DNA of 48,853 bases from a bacterium (lineage in GTDB: Bacteria > Patescibacteriota > Patescibacteriia > Patescibacteriales > GWC2-42-12): the NCBI GenBank assembly GCA_030655095.1, contig JAURWF010000062.1, positions 1 to 48,853 on the forward strand, written 5' to 3'. Below the pieces are notes generated by a model. It had not been told where the DNA came from. It was given only the letters and a program-made list of their open reading frames with translations, and did no database searches. Position 1 is the stretch's first letter; each line of letters starts with the position of its first letter. A program made the translations under genes and the position numbers. Positions 36,001 through 43,104 of the stretch are shown here, piece by piece.

Positions 36001-38457
36001 TGTGAAACAATAAATAATCAATGTGCATCTAATCAAACAGTGTGTAGTTCTTCTTGTTGCACCCAGGGTGAAAGTTGTGATGTTAATGGTAATAGTGGGC
36101 GAGGAAAATGTGGTGATACTTTATGTCAAGGAGCTACTTGTGGCGGTAATTGTTGTGTAGGCGCGACTAGTTGTGCTAGCGGAGCTTGTCCATCAGTCGC
36201 TGGTGCAGCTTGTTATGTTGGTGGTGGTGTCGGCGCTTGTAATATTGCAAGCTCTACTTGCGCTAGTAATCTTAGTTGCAATACAACAAATTGTACTTGT
36301 GAGTCATCCATTTCTTTTCCTCAATTTGGTCAAACTTGCGCTAAAAAAGCAACAACTACAGTAACTTGTGATATTGGTGTTTGCACAGGTTTTTCTTGTT
36401 TAAATGCAACTAGCAGTAGCCCTTTAGCACCATCAAGCTTAGTATCGTGTGGCACTTGTTGTTGTGATCCGACTCTTTCTGCGACTAATGATCAATGTAA
36501 AATCGTTAATCCTAAATTATCTTGTTTAAAAAATAAAGGTAATTGTAGTGGAAGCGGTCGCGGACTTTGTTGTGGCTGTGTTAGAGATGATGAATGTGGT
36601 AATTCTTCTACCGCTGGTTGTAGTAATGATACTTGTTGTAGCGCTAGACCTAGAGTCAATGCACTTACAACCCCAACCAATAATGAAACAGGTGTTTGTC
36701 GCAATACTGTGATAGAAGCAACTTTTGATCAGATTATGGATATTACTAGTTTTAATAATAATATGTTTTTAATTGGTGATTATGGTGCTGATTTATGCCC
36801 TACAGGCACTAAATTTTTAGGAGAAAATATTAGCAAAAAAAGTAATAATATTTTTACAAGAGCTATTAAAAGAATTTTAATTTCTTTAGGAAAAATATTA
36901 AAGCCGATTTTAAGTGAAAAAGTATTAGCAGCAATTAATAGTGCTCATACTTATTGCTTAATCAATGGCGCAATTGGTGGTTATAATGGCGTTGCCAGTA
37001 CAACTGTTATTACTTTTGCTTTGCAAAAAGCTCTTGATGCTGAGCGTGAATATTCTGTTATTATTCAAGGTGATGCTTCTACTACAGATAGTGTTAAAGA
37101 AGGAGTTTTAGGTATTTCTGGCGTAAGTATGAAAGGCACTTCTACTGAAACAATTAATGCTAAAACTTTTACTAATTCTAAAATTTGGTCATTTACTACT
37201 AGCAAAAATATTTGTCAGATAGATAGTGTAATTATTGATCCAATTAGTTATTTATTTCAGACTAGCGAGAATAATCCAGCTGATGATGATTCAGCAACTT
37301 CTACATACGACACAATAAATGATAGTGATAAAGTTTATCGCGCCAAGGCTTTAGCTCTTGATGGCCAGGAAATTTTACCTATTAATAATGTTTATAGCTG
37401 GAATTGGGATTGGACTATTGATAATAAGGAAATAGTAGATTTTAAAAATTTAAATAATACCAATCAACAGACTTTAGTTGCTCAAAATAAAAAAGATGGA
37501 AAAACTGTTGTGTATGCTAAAGCTATTATTACTGACGACAAAGTTATTAAACCGTCTACTGTTAATAAATTTAAAATTGGCAAAGCCAATGTTTATGTTT
37601 TAATGTGCGCTAATCCTTGGCCACCTATTAATAACAGTAATACTTGGTTGCCATGGCGTGATACGTCAGGTAATTGTAGTGCAGGTTTAAGCGGAACGGA
37701 TTGTTTTAATAATAATTTTGAATTTTATTATTGTCGTGATGCTGGTCAAGTAGGCACTGCTGATGATTTGCCAGCAATTTTAAAAGACACAACAGTTATT
37801 AGAGGCAATTATGGAGATCCTAATCCTTTGAAAGAATATTATTTTTTACGCGAGGATGTACCATCTATTACCGTCCTTTCAGTTTATGATCAAAGAAATA
37901 GTGGTAAAGTTGTCGCGGTATGGGAAGCTGTTAATGGAGCATCAGGTTATAAATTGTATTATGGTAAAGACAAAGGTCAATATGATAATTCCGTTGATGT
38001 AAATAATGTAGTTCCTGATGTGAATAATAAAATTTCAAGTCCAGTAATAGGTTTAATTAATAATCAGACTTATTATTTTGCTGTTTCAGCTTATTATAAA
38101 TCAACTGGAGCAGAAAGTATTTATTCTAATGAGGTCAGCATAATTCCGACTGACACTTCTGCGCCATCCGTGCCTACTGGTTTAATTGCTTCTTCAACAA
38201 ATCAAAAAGTAGAATTAACTTGGATAAAAGGCAGTGATGATGTTAATTATTATCGAGCTTTCTATGGCACAGCGAGAGGAGTTTATGGAGCTGAATCTGT
38301 TAAAGTTAGTTTAGCTGATAGTTGTTCAGCGACAATGTGCAAACTTATATTTGAGAATTTGGTTAATAATACAAATTATTATTTTGCAATAAAAGCGTTT
38401 GACGAGTATAATAATGGCAGTGTTGTTAGCGTTGAAGTTAGTGCTATGACGCAATAA
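33016..38457 (+). CDS. Giant (1813 aa) pilin-hairpin-anchored, cysteine-rich surface protein with IPT/TIG, Ig-like and two C-terminal FN3 domains
   Basis: A signal peptide is followed by a hairpin paralogous to that of 27771 (nt about 33127-33366). A poly-Gly linker follows. C-Y-V-G-G...C...S-S-T-C...L-x-C...C-x-C modules lie at 33445-33545, 35911-36006 and 36205-36303. IPT-like ITIGGQYFG, ITIYGRNF and INAYGEYFG are present. FN3-like W-x-x-V-x-G-A-S-G-Y-K-L-Y-Y and YYFA motifs lie at the C-terminus. Confidence 0.85.
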   Translation: MKKIIKKILIFFCSLIVIMTMAHFALALDLGIQYGEATGLGQEDPRIIAANIIRIFFGFLGIIAVGLIIYAGWLYMTAGGEEDKVEKAKKILMGAVIGIIICLASFAIASFILNKLLDATGAGGGSVNTGGGGGGIGGGGVGAACYVGGTASNCIIASSTCDIIGLVCDATTCKCKSSGLPGVDEACLTDALDTDCSAGICATGLTCNSSDCKCKETNLPSAGQNCDADTGLAGCQATDCSNNLVCSADNSCTCVKTPLIAWISPLDASSTPNGAPGNFITIGGQYFGTSTGQVIFLGDTSTSTDDKIATFPNQVNSQCTNFWQDNQIIVVVPVGATTGPIKVLDSTNLWDTTDNNRGPAINDFTINNIKRPGLCLVNPNVGSFDNLIAFYGVNLNGINEKAFFGNKTNNILANARDWSRVLVPNIQDGRTSVFATVISGNTNSAGSTLPAEDSNSLGFTVKNNIQDNPFIDYLTPIEGPKGRYITIYGRNFKNFDSGKSVVKFYLPTDPNTKINAGVDFPIQCQGKYWNDTYITIKVPQVAPPGDYKVIVINENSSTSTPANFKITTGSPSPGLCLLDPYNGPVGQSINAYGEYFGASQGANGRAVFYNNASSSPTSWADQAIKTNVPSGAQTGPFKIINNQVGNALPFKVGACVANTDCLNSSTEECCPSGTYNAGICKTEGECSLGGPQSCTFGWTFSTALGTSTPLTCGGYSAASACSAVGMCPNARGECQSRTNIETGYCSDNKCNEIASSSCASQCAYDKVLNKCKLLGKVCDVKDTTLVAGFTAECRKVGAKNIWQINTKDASCPNGASSPINGWCSVGDLGFPIECVSSSCPAGLTCQSGQCVISSSGCSNGSFCGIGGKCIKGYGVGREDSVCECCCRVANSAQDCCAGLTCKAGGCGVGAPDYGLCTGCKVIINGQVNQSLSDQTCNCTGKTTRYCDLTDLANPSGVCKDQAVAGQNCYVGGVAGACTASSTCASSLSCNRATCKCETINNQCASNQTVCSSSCCTQGESCDVNGNSGRGKCGDTLCQGATCGGNCCVGATSCASGACPSVAGAACYVGGGVGACNIASSTCASNLSCNTTNCTCESSISFPQFGQTCAKKATTTVTCDIGVCTGFSCLNATSSSPLAPSSLVSCGTCCCDPTLSATNDQCKIVNPKLSCLKNKGNCSGSGRGLCCGCVRDDECGNSSTAGCSNDTCCSARPRVNALTTPTNNETGVCRNTVIEATFDQIMDITSFNNNMFLIGDYGADLCPTGTKFLGENISKKSNNIFTRAIKRILISLGKILKPILSEKVLAAINSAHTYCLINGAIGGYNGVASTTVITFALQKALDAEREYSVIIQGDASTTDSVKEGVLGISGVSMKGTSTETINAKTFTNSKIWSFTTSKNICQIDSVIIDPISYLFQTSENNPADDDSATSTYDTINDSDKVYRAKALALDGQEILPINNVYSWNWDWTIDNKEIVDFKNLNNTNQQTLVAQNKKDGKTVVYAKAIITDDKVIKPSTVNKFKIGKANVYVLMCANPWPPINNSNTWLPWRDTSGNCSAGLSGTDCFNNNFEFYYCRDAGQVGTADDLPAILKDTTVIRGNYGDPNPLKEYYFLREDVPSITVLSVYDQRNSGKVVAVWEAVNGASGYKLYYGKDKGQYDNSVDVNNVVPDVNNKISSPVIGLINNQTYYFAVSAYYKSTGAESIYSNEVSIIPTDTSAPSVPTGLIASSTNQKVELTWIKGSDDVNYYRAFYGTARGVYGAESVKVSLADSCSATMCKLIFENLVNNTNYYFAIKAFDEYNNGSVVSVEVSAMTQ

Positions 38458-38509
38458 TTTGTCTGAACCACTGACAGTTTCTGAGGGGCACTGAAAATAC
38501 TGAGAATTT

Positions 38510-38544
38510 CAAATACAAATACAAATTACAAATTACAAATTAAT
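38510..38544. repeat. Array E: tandem ACAAAT/TACAAAT words upstream of the 38570 gene
   Basis: caaatacaaatacaaattacaaattacaaatta. It is preceded by three (c/t)actga words at 38470-38506. Confidence 0.85.
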
Positions 38545-38569
38545 TACTAAAAAAACTAATAATAAATTT

Positions 38570-39322
38570 ATGTTTGATGAAATTAATGATCAGAATGTTA
38601 ATCAAGCGAATGTTCCTACTCCGGGGATTGGTTCTATGCCAAATTTTAATCAAAGTGTTCCTAAGTCTGCTGAAGATATTTTGGCAGGAGTTGATCAATC
38701 AGAAAAGCCAGCGGTTTTTCAACCTAAAGCGCCAACGCCATCAGTAGGCTATGTTCCAGAAAACGAGGAGTCAAAAACAACAGATTCTAAAAAGTTTTTT
38801 GTTTTAGGTGTTATAATCATTGTTATTATTTTAATTATTGGCGTTGGTTATTTGGGTATTAAATTTTATTTGAATTCTAAAATATCAGACAAAGCTTTGA
38901 ATAATAGCAGTAAAGTTGTTGAGCCTGTAGTTAGTCCTATTCCAGAAAATTCAGATATTATTAAAAATCCGATTGTTGAAGTTGAAACTTCAACAGCAAC
39001 ATCTACGGGCATTAATGGAAATTCAATTATTACAGCTACTACTACAATTATCGCCACAAACACAGATATGATTATTGAATCTACAACAATAGTTGATAGC
39101 GATCAAGATGGTTTAATTGATGAAGAAGAAAGATTATTAGGAACAGATCCAAATTCAAGTGATTCTGATAACGATGGGTTGTCTGATCGTGAGGAAGTAA
39201 AGACTTATAGCACAAATCCGTTAAATGCAGATACTGATAGCGATGGTTATCAAGATGGAGCAGAAGTAAAAAATGGCTATAATCCAAAGGGATCAGGAAA
39301 ACTAGAGGTTAAAAGTTTGTAG
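38570..39322 (+). CDS. Single-pass membrane protein with C-terminal thrombospondin-type-3-like Ca-binding repeats
   Basis: Transmembrane helix FFVLGVIIIVIILIIGVGYLGI. DSDQDGLIDEEE, DSDNDGLSDREE and DTDSDGYQDGAE repeats. The protein ends NGYNPKGSGKLEVKSL. Confidence 0.7.
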   Translation: MFDEINDQNVNQANVPTPGIGSMPNFNQSVPKSAEDILAGVDQSEKPAVFQPKAPTPSVGYVPENEESKTTDSKKFFVLGVIIIVIILIIGVGYLGIKFYLNSKISDKALNNSSKVVEPVVSPIPENSDIIKNPIVEVETSTATSTGINGNSIITATTTIIATNTDMIIESTTIVDSDQDGLIDEEERLLGTDPNSSDSDNDGLSDREEVKTYSTNPLNADTDSDGYQDGAEVKNGYNPKGSGKLEVKSL

Positions 39323-39357
39323 CCCTGACCCTGCCCTCTCCCATGTAAAATAATTTT

Positions 39358-40362
39358 ATGTTTAATATTTCTAAGCCAAAAATTAATAAAGAGATTGAGC
39401 AATTACCGGAGGATTTATCATCGGTTCAAGAAGAAGAAACAAAATTAGGTGATGATATAACTATTCATGCTATGCCAGAGCGTTTTCGTTCTAGTCATAT
39501 TAAAGTTGGTCAAGCTAAAAAAACAGGCGTTTTTATTATCGTTGCCGGTATTATTTTTTTAATTATTATTTCTGGCTTATTCTATTATTTTTTCTTTTAT
39601 AACCAATCTAAAAAATCAAATCAAGCATCTGTTGCAACTTCAACGCCTGCAGTAGAACCAGCTAAAATAGAAGTTCCAGTCAAAGAACCAGCGCAAATAG
39701 TTGCTACTACTACGGTTGTTTTGCCTAATATAGAGTCAATGGCTACTTCAACTGCTACTTCTACAGCAACTTCTACTGAAGATATTATTAATCAGCCAGT
39801 TGATTTGTCTGCTGGAATTGACAGCGATAGTGATGGGTTGACAGATAAAGAAGAAAAGATTTTTGGATCTAATCATACTGTTTTGGATTCTGATAATGAT
39901 GGTTATGATGATTTTTCAGAAGTTTTAAATGGATATAATCCAGCAGGGGCAGGAATTTTATCTATTAACAATAATTTACAAAATTATAATAATAAAACTT
40001 ATAAATATAATTTATTGTATCCATCAACTTGGAAGCAGACTACGAGTGGTGGAGATGATTCAATAGTATTTAAGGCAGAAGATGATAGTTTTATTCAAGT
40101 AATTGCTCAAAATAATAAAGAGCAGCAATTAATAAGTGATTGGTATAAACAGCAGTTTAATGTAGATTTTGTTGATCAAAATAATTTAATTACTAATAAT
40201 AACTGGAATGGAATTATTAATTCTGATAGCCTTACTACTTATTTAACGGATTCTAGTAAAAAGTATATTTTTGTTATTACTTATAATCCCGCCTCTTCAA
40301 ACACATTAAATTATCCCAATCTTTTTAAAGCAATGATTAAATCGTTCAAGATTAGTCCATAA
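39358..40362 (+). CDS. Single-pass membrane protein with TSP3-like repeats and a C-terminal domain of unknown function
   Basis: IHAMPERF motif, transmembrane helix VFIIVAGIIFLIIISGLFYYFFF, DSDSDGLTDKEE, DSDNDGYDDFSE and NGYNPAGAGIL. Confidence 0.7.
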   Translation: MFNISKPKINKEIEQLPEDLSSVQEEETKLGDDITIHAMPERFRSSHIKVGQAKKTGVFIIVAGIIFLIIISGLFYYFFFYNQSKKSNQASVATSTPAVEPAKIEVPVKEPAQIVATTTVVLPNIESMATSTATSTATSTEDIINQPVDLSAGIDSDSDGLTDKEEKIFGSNHTVLDSDNDGYDDFSEVLNGYNPAGAGILSINNNLQNYNNKTYKYNLLYPSTWKQTTSGGDDSIVFKAEDDSFIQVIAQNNKEQQLISDWYKQQFNVDFVDQNNLITNNNWNGIINSDSLTTYLTDSSKKYIFVITYNPASSNTLNYPNLFKAMIKSFKISP

Positions 40363-40610
40363 AGTCATTAGATAGTTAAAAGTCAAAAGTCCATAAAGTC
40401 ATTAGATAGTCGAAAGTCAAAAGTCCTTAAAGTCCTTAAAGTCATTTGATAGTCGAAAGTCAAAAGTCCATAAAGTCCATAAAGTCATTTGACTTTAAGG
40501 ACTTTACAGACTTTACAGACTTTACAGACTTTACAGACTTTACAGACTTTATAGACTTTACAGACTTTACAGACTTTTGACTTTATAGACTTTACAGACT
40601 TTATAGACTC
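40357..40610. repeat. Array D: about 250-bp head-to-head word array (12 AAAGTC units, centre at 40488/89, then 14 GACTTT units)
   Basis: The left arm (40357-40486) carries AAAGTC units with interspersed attagatagt/atttgatagt. The centre reads aaagtc-attt-gacttt. The right arm (40491-40610) has a mostly 9-nt period of gactttaca and ends 3 nt before the ybeY ATG. The stop codon of the upstream gene lies inside the first unit. Confidence 0.95.
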
Positions 40611-40613
40611 TTT

Positions 40614-41036
40614 ATGTTAGTTGAAGTTAATAATCAGACTAAAAAAAGAATAAATATATCTTTAGTTAAAAAAATAGCTGAATTATTTTTGCAAACTTAT
40701 CATTTTAATAACAAAGAAATTTCTTTGGCTTTTGTAAATGATCAAATTAGTAAAAAATTAAATAAAACTTATCGTGGCATAGATAAAGCAACTGATGTTT
40801 TATCTTTTTCTATGACCGATGTTGATAATGATAATTTTTTAGGTGAGATAATTATTAATTACGAGCAAATTAAAAGACAAGCAAAACAAGCCGGACATAA
40901 TATTCAACAAGAATTAATTTTTATTTTAGTCCACGGTTTGTTGCATCTGGCAGGTTATGATGATGCGACAGAAAAAGGCGCAGACGAGATGGATAAATTA
41001 GGAAAAAAATTTATAAATTTATGCCAAATATTTTAA
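40614..41036 (+). CDS. ybeY: rRNA maturation endoribonuclease YbeY
   Basis: HGLLHLAGYDD metal-binding motif. 140 aa. Confidence 0.85.
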   Translation: MLVEVNNQTKKRINISLVKKIAELFLQTYHFNNKEISLAFVNDQISKKLNKTYRGIDKATDVLSFSMTDVDNDNFLGEIIINYEQIKRQAKQAGHNIQQELIFILVHGLLHLAGYDDATEKGADEMDKLGKKFINLCQIF

Positions 41037-41596
41037 TTTTTGGAGACAGTATAGTTTATGGCGCATTTGACCCTGAAGCTGGTGGGTGGGCGGATAGATT
41101 AAAAGCTTTTTTCTTTAAAGATGGAAGAAACTATGATTATTTTGTTTATAATCTCGGTATTTCAGGAGATACAACAGAGAATTTATTAGAAAGATTTGAA
41201 TTTGAAACAAAACAAAGATCAGACGAAGACAAAACATCTTTTATTTTTAGCATCGGCATAAATGATTCTGCGTGGATGCATAGCAAAAATAATCACTGGG
41301 TTTTACCAAATAAATTTATTGATAATATTAAAAAATTAATACAACTTGCTCAAAAATTTTCTTCAAAAATTATTTTTGTTAGTTTATCACCAGTAGATGA
41401 AACAAAAACAACCCCAATTCCGTGGAACACAGACTTATCTTATAAAAATGAGTGGATTCAAGAATACAACAAAATTATAAAATCAATTTGCGAAGAAAAC
41501 AAAATTCTTTTTATTGATGTTTTTGAAAAATTTATAAAATTAGATTACACTAAATTATTAGAAGATGGTCTTCATCCAAATTCAAAAGGCCATTAG
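41021..41596 (+). CDS. SGNH/GDSL hydrolase
   Basis: IFGDSIVYG (block I Ser), GINDS (block III) and DGLHPN (block V Asp/His). It overlaps ybeY by 16 nt. Confidence 0.75.
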   Translation: MPNILIFGDSIVYGAFDPEAGGWADRLKAFFFKDGRNYDYFVYNLGISGDTTENLLERFEFETKQRSDEDKTSFIFSIGINDSAWMHSKNNHWVLPNKFIDNIKKLIQLAQKFSSKIIFVSLSPVDETKTTPIPWNTDLSYKNEWIQEYNKIIKSICEENKILFIDVFEKFIKLDYTKLLEDGLHPNSKGH

Positions 41597-41645
41597 AAAA
41601 TTTTTGAAATTGTAAAAGATTATTTTTAAATTTTAAATTTTAAAT

Positions 41646-42665
41646 ATGAAATTTGTTCGAACAAAAAAACTTTTGTTTGCTAATAATAAGGGTGGAGTTG
41701 GCAAGACTACATTGGCTTTTAATACCGCTGTTAAATTTTCAGAAATGGGATACAAAACTGTTTTAATAGATTTGGATCCACAGTGTAATTTGTCCAGATT
41801 AGCGTTAGGTTTATTTGAAGAAACATTATTTTCTAACAGTCAAAAAACAATTTACACTGTTTTGGAAGGAATCATTAAAGGAGGATCTGATATTGACAGA
41901 AGCGTAAGTTTTGAAAAAATAAATAACAATAACAATCTATTCATTTTGCCAGGTAGCCTTAAATTATCTCAATACGAAAATTCATTAATCTCATCTTATG
42001 GAGAAGCAGCACAAGGAGTTGAAAGAGGTTTTTTTATTACAAGCGCGATTGATAGATTTTTAACAGAAAAAGGCTTGAATGAAGAAATTGATATTTTTAT
42101 TATTGATACATCGCCAAGTCTTAATTTATTAAATAGAGTGATATTTTTAGGATCAGATTATTTTATCACGCCTTTAATGCCCGATGCTTTTTCAGTTCAA
42201 GGTATTGAAAATTTGGGAAATACTTTTGAGGAATGGAAAGATAATTGGAAAAAAACAGCGAGAGTTTTAGCAAAAGATAAAGGGATTGCGCATAATAAAG
42301 TTTTGGATGGCGAAGGCTTGTTTATAGGTTATATAATAAATTCGTATAATCAGTATTCAAAAAAACCTATTAAAAGTAATGAAGAATGGATTGCCAAAAT
42401 TCCGAGCTTTATTAAAAAATATTTATCAGAAAAACATTGCAGAAATGGACTCGTTGAAAAATCTTGGAAATTAGAGTTAGCTTTAATTAAAGATTTTGGG
42501 CAATTATCACCATTAGCGCAAATCAAAAATAAGGCAATATTTAATCTTGATCCAACTATCGATGGTTTTGAAAATATAAAAGGAACAAGGGAAAATTTAG
42601 AACAATCACAAAAAGAATTTACTCAACTTTCAGAAAAGATTTTAAAGATATTGTTAGAATATTAG
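41646..42665 (+). CDS. ParA/MinD-superfamily ATPase with long C-terminal extension, no ParB partner in the window
   Basis: Deviant Walker A NNKGGVGKTT and IIDTSPSLN (Walker B region). 339 aa. Confidence 0.7.
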   Translation: MKFVRTKKLLFANNKGGVGKTTLAFNTAVKFSEMGYKTVLIDLDPQCNLSRLALGLFEETLFSNSQKTIYTVLEGIIKGGSDIDRSVSFEKINNNNNLFILPGSLKLSQYENSLISSYGEAAQGVERGFFITSAIDRFLTEKGLNEEIDIFIIDTSPSLNLLNRVIFLGSDYFITPLMPDAFSVQGIENLGNTFEEWKDNWKKTARVLAKDKGIAHNKVLDGEGLFIGYIINSYNQYSKKPIKSNEEWIAKIPSFIKKYLSEKHCRNGLVEKSWKLELALIKDFGQLSPLAQIKNKAIFNLDPTIDGFENIKGTRENLEQSQKEFTQLSEKILKILLEY

Positions 42666-42673
42666 AAAATTTT

Positions 42674-43048
42674 ATGATAAGAATAAAGAGATTGGCTAAA
42701 AGTTTTGTTTATGCATGGCGAGGGCTGTGTAAGGTTTTTAAAGAGGAACAAAATTTACAAATTCAAACAGCGGGTGGTTTGTTGATTTTTATTTTAGCTT
42801 ATTTTTTTCAAATAAGTCGTTGGGAGTGGATAGTGTTAGTTTTAATAGTAATTTTAGTAATTTTAATGGAATTAGCTAATAGTGTTGTGGAAAGAATTAC
42901 AGATGCATTAAAGCCAAGAATAAGTAGTTATGTTAAAGAGATAAAAGATATTATGGCAGCAGGCGTATTAGTGGCCTCTATAGCAGCGCTTATTGTTGGT
43001 TGTATAATTTTTTGGCCATACTTAATAAAATTATTTGGACAATTTTAA
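42674..43048 (+). CDS. dgkA: Diacylglycerol/undecaprenol kinase (DgkA family)
   Basis: 124 aa with three hydrophobic helices. N-terminal RLAKSFVYAWRGL and the ELANSVVERITD motif. Confidence 0.8.
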   Translation: MIRIKRLAKSFVYAWRGLCKVFKEEQNLQIQTAGGLLIFILAYFFQISRWEWIVLVLIVILVILMELANSVVERITDALKPRISSYVKEIKDIMAAGVLVASIAALIVGCIIFWPYLIKLFGQF

Positions 43049-43064
43049 ATAATTTTAGTATAAT

Positions 43065-43099
43065 AAATTTGTAATTTGTATTATTAATAATAATTTGTA
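43065..43099. repeat. Array F: ATTTGTA words (reverse complement of array E words) ending 5 nt before the ftsA ATG
   Basis: The reverse complement of 43066-43082 (aatacaaattacaaatt) equals 38518-38534 exactly, a 17-nt match. A third atttgta lies at 43093-43099. Confidence 0.8.
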
Positions 43100-43104
43100 T
43101 TTTT

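Noticed and set aside
33450-36704. Short ORFs inside or antisense to the giant gene (33450-33638, 34747-34944, 36173-36364, 36492-36704)
   Set aside because: They are embedded in a continuous 1813-codon frame with coherent domain architecture. The alternate frames show repetitive low-complexity sequence only.
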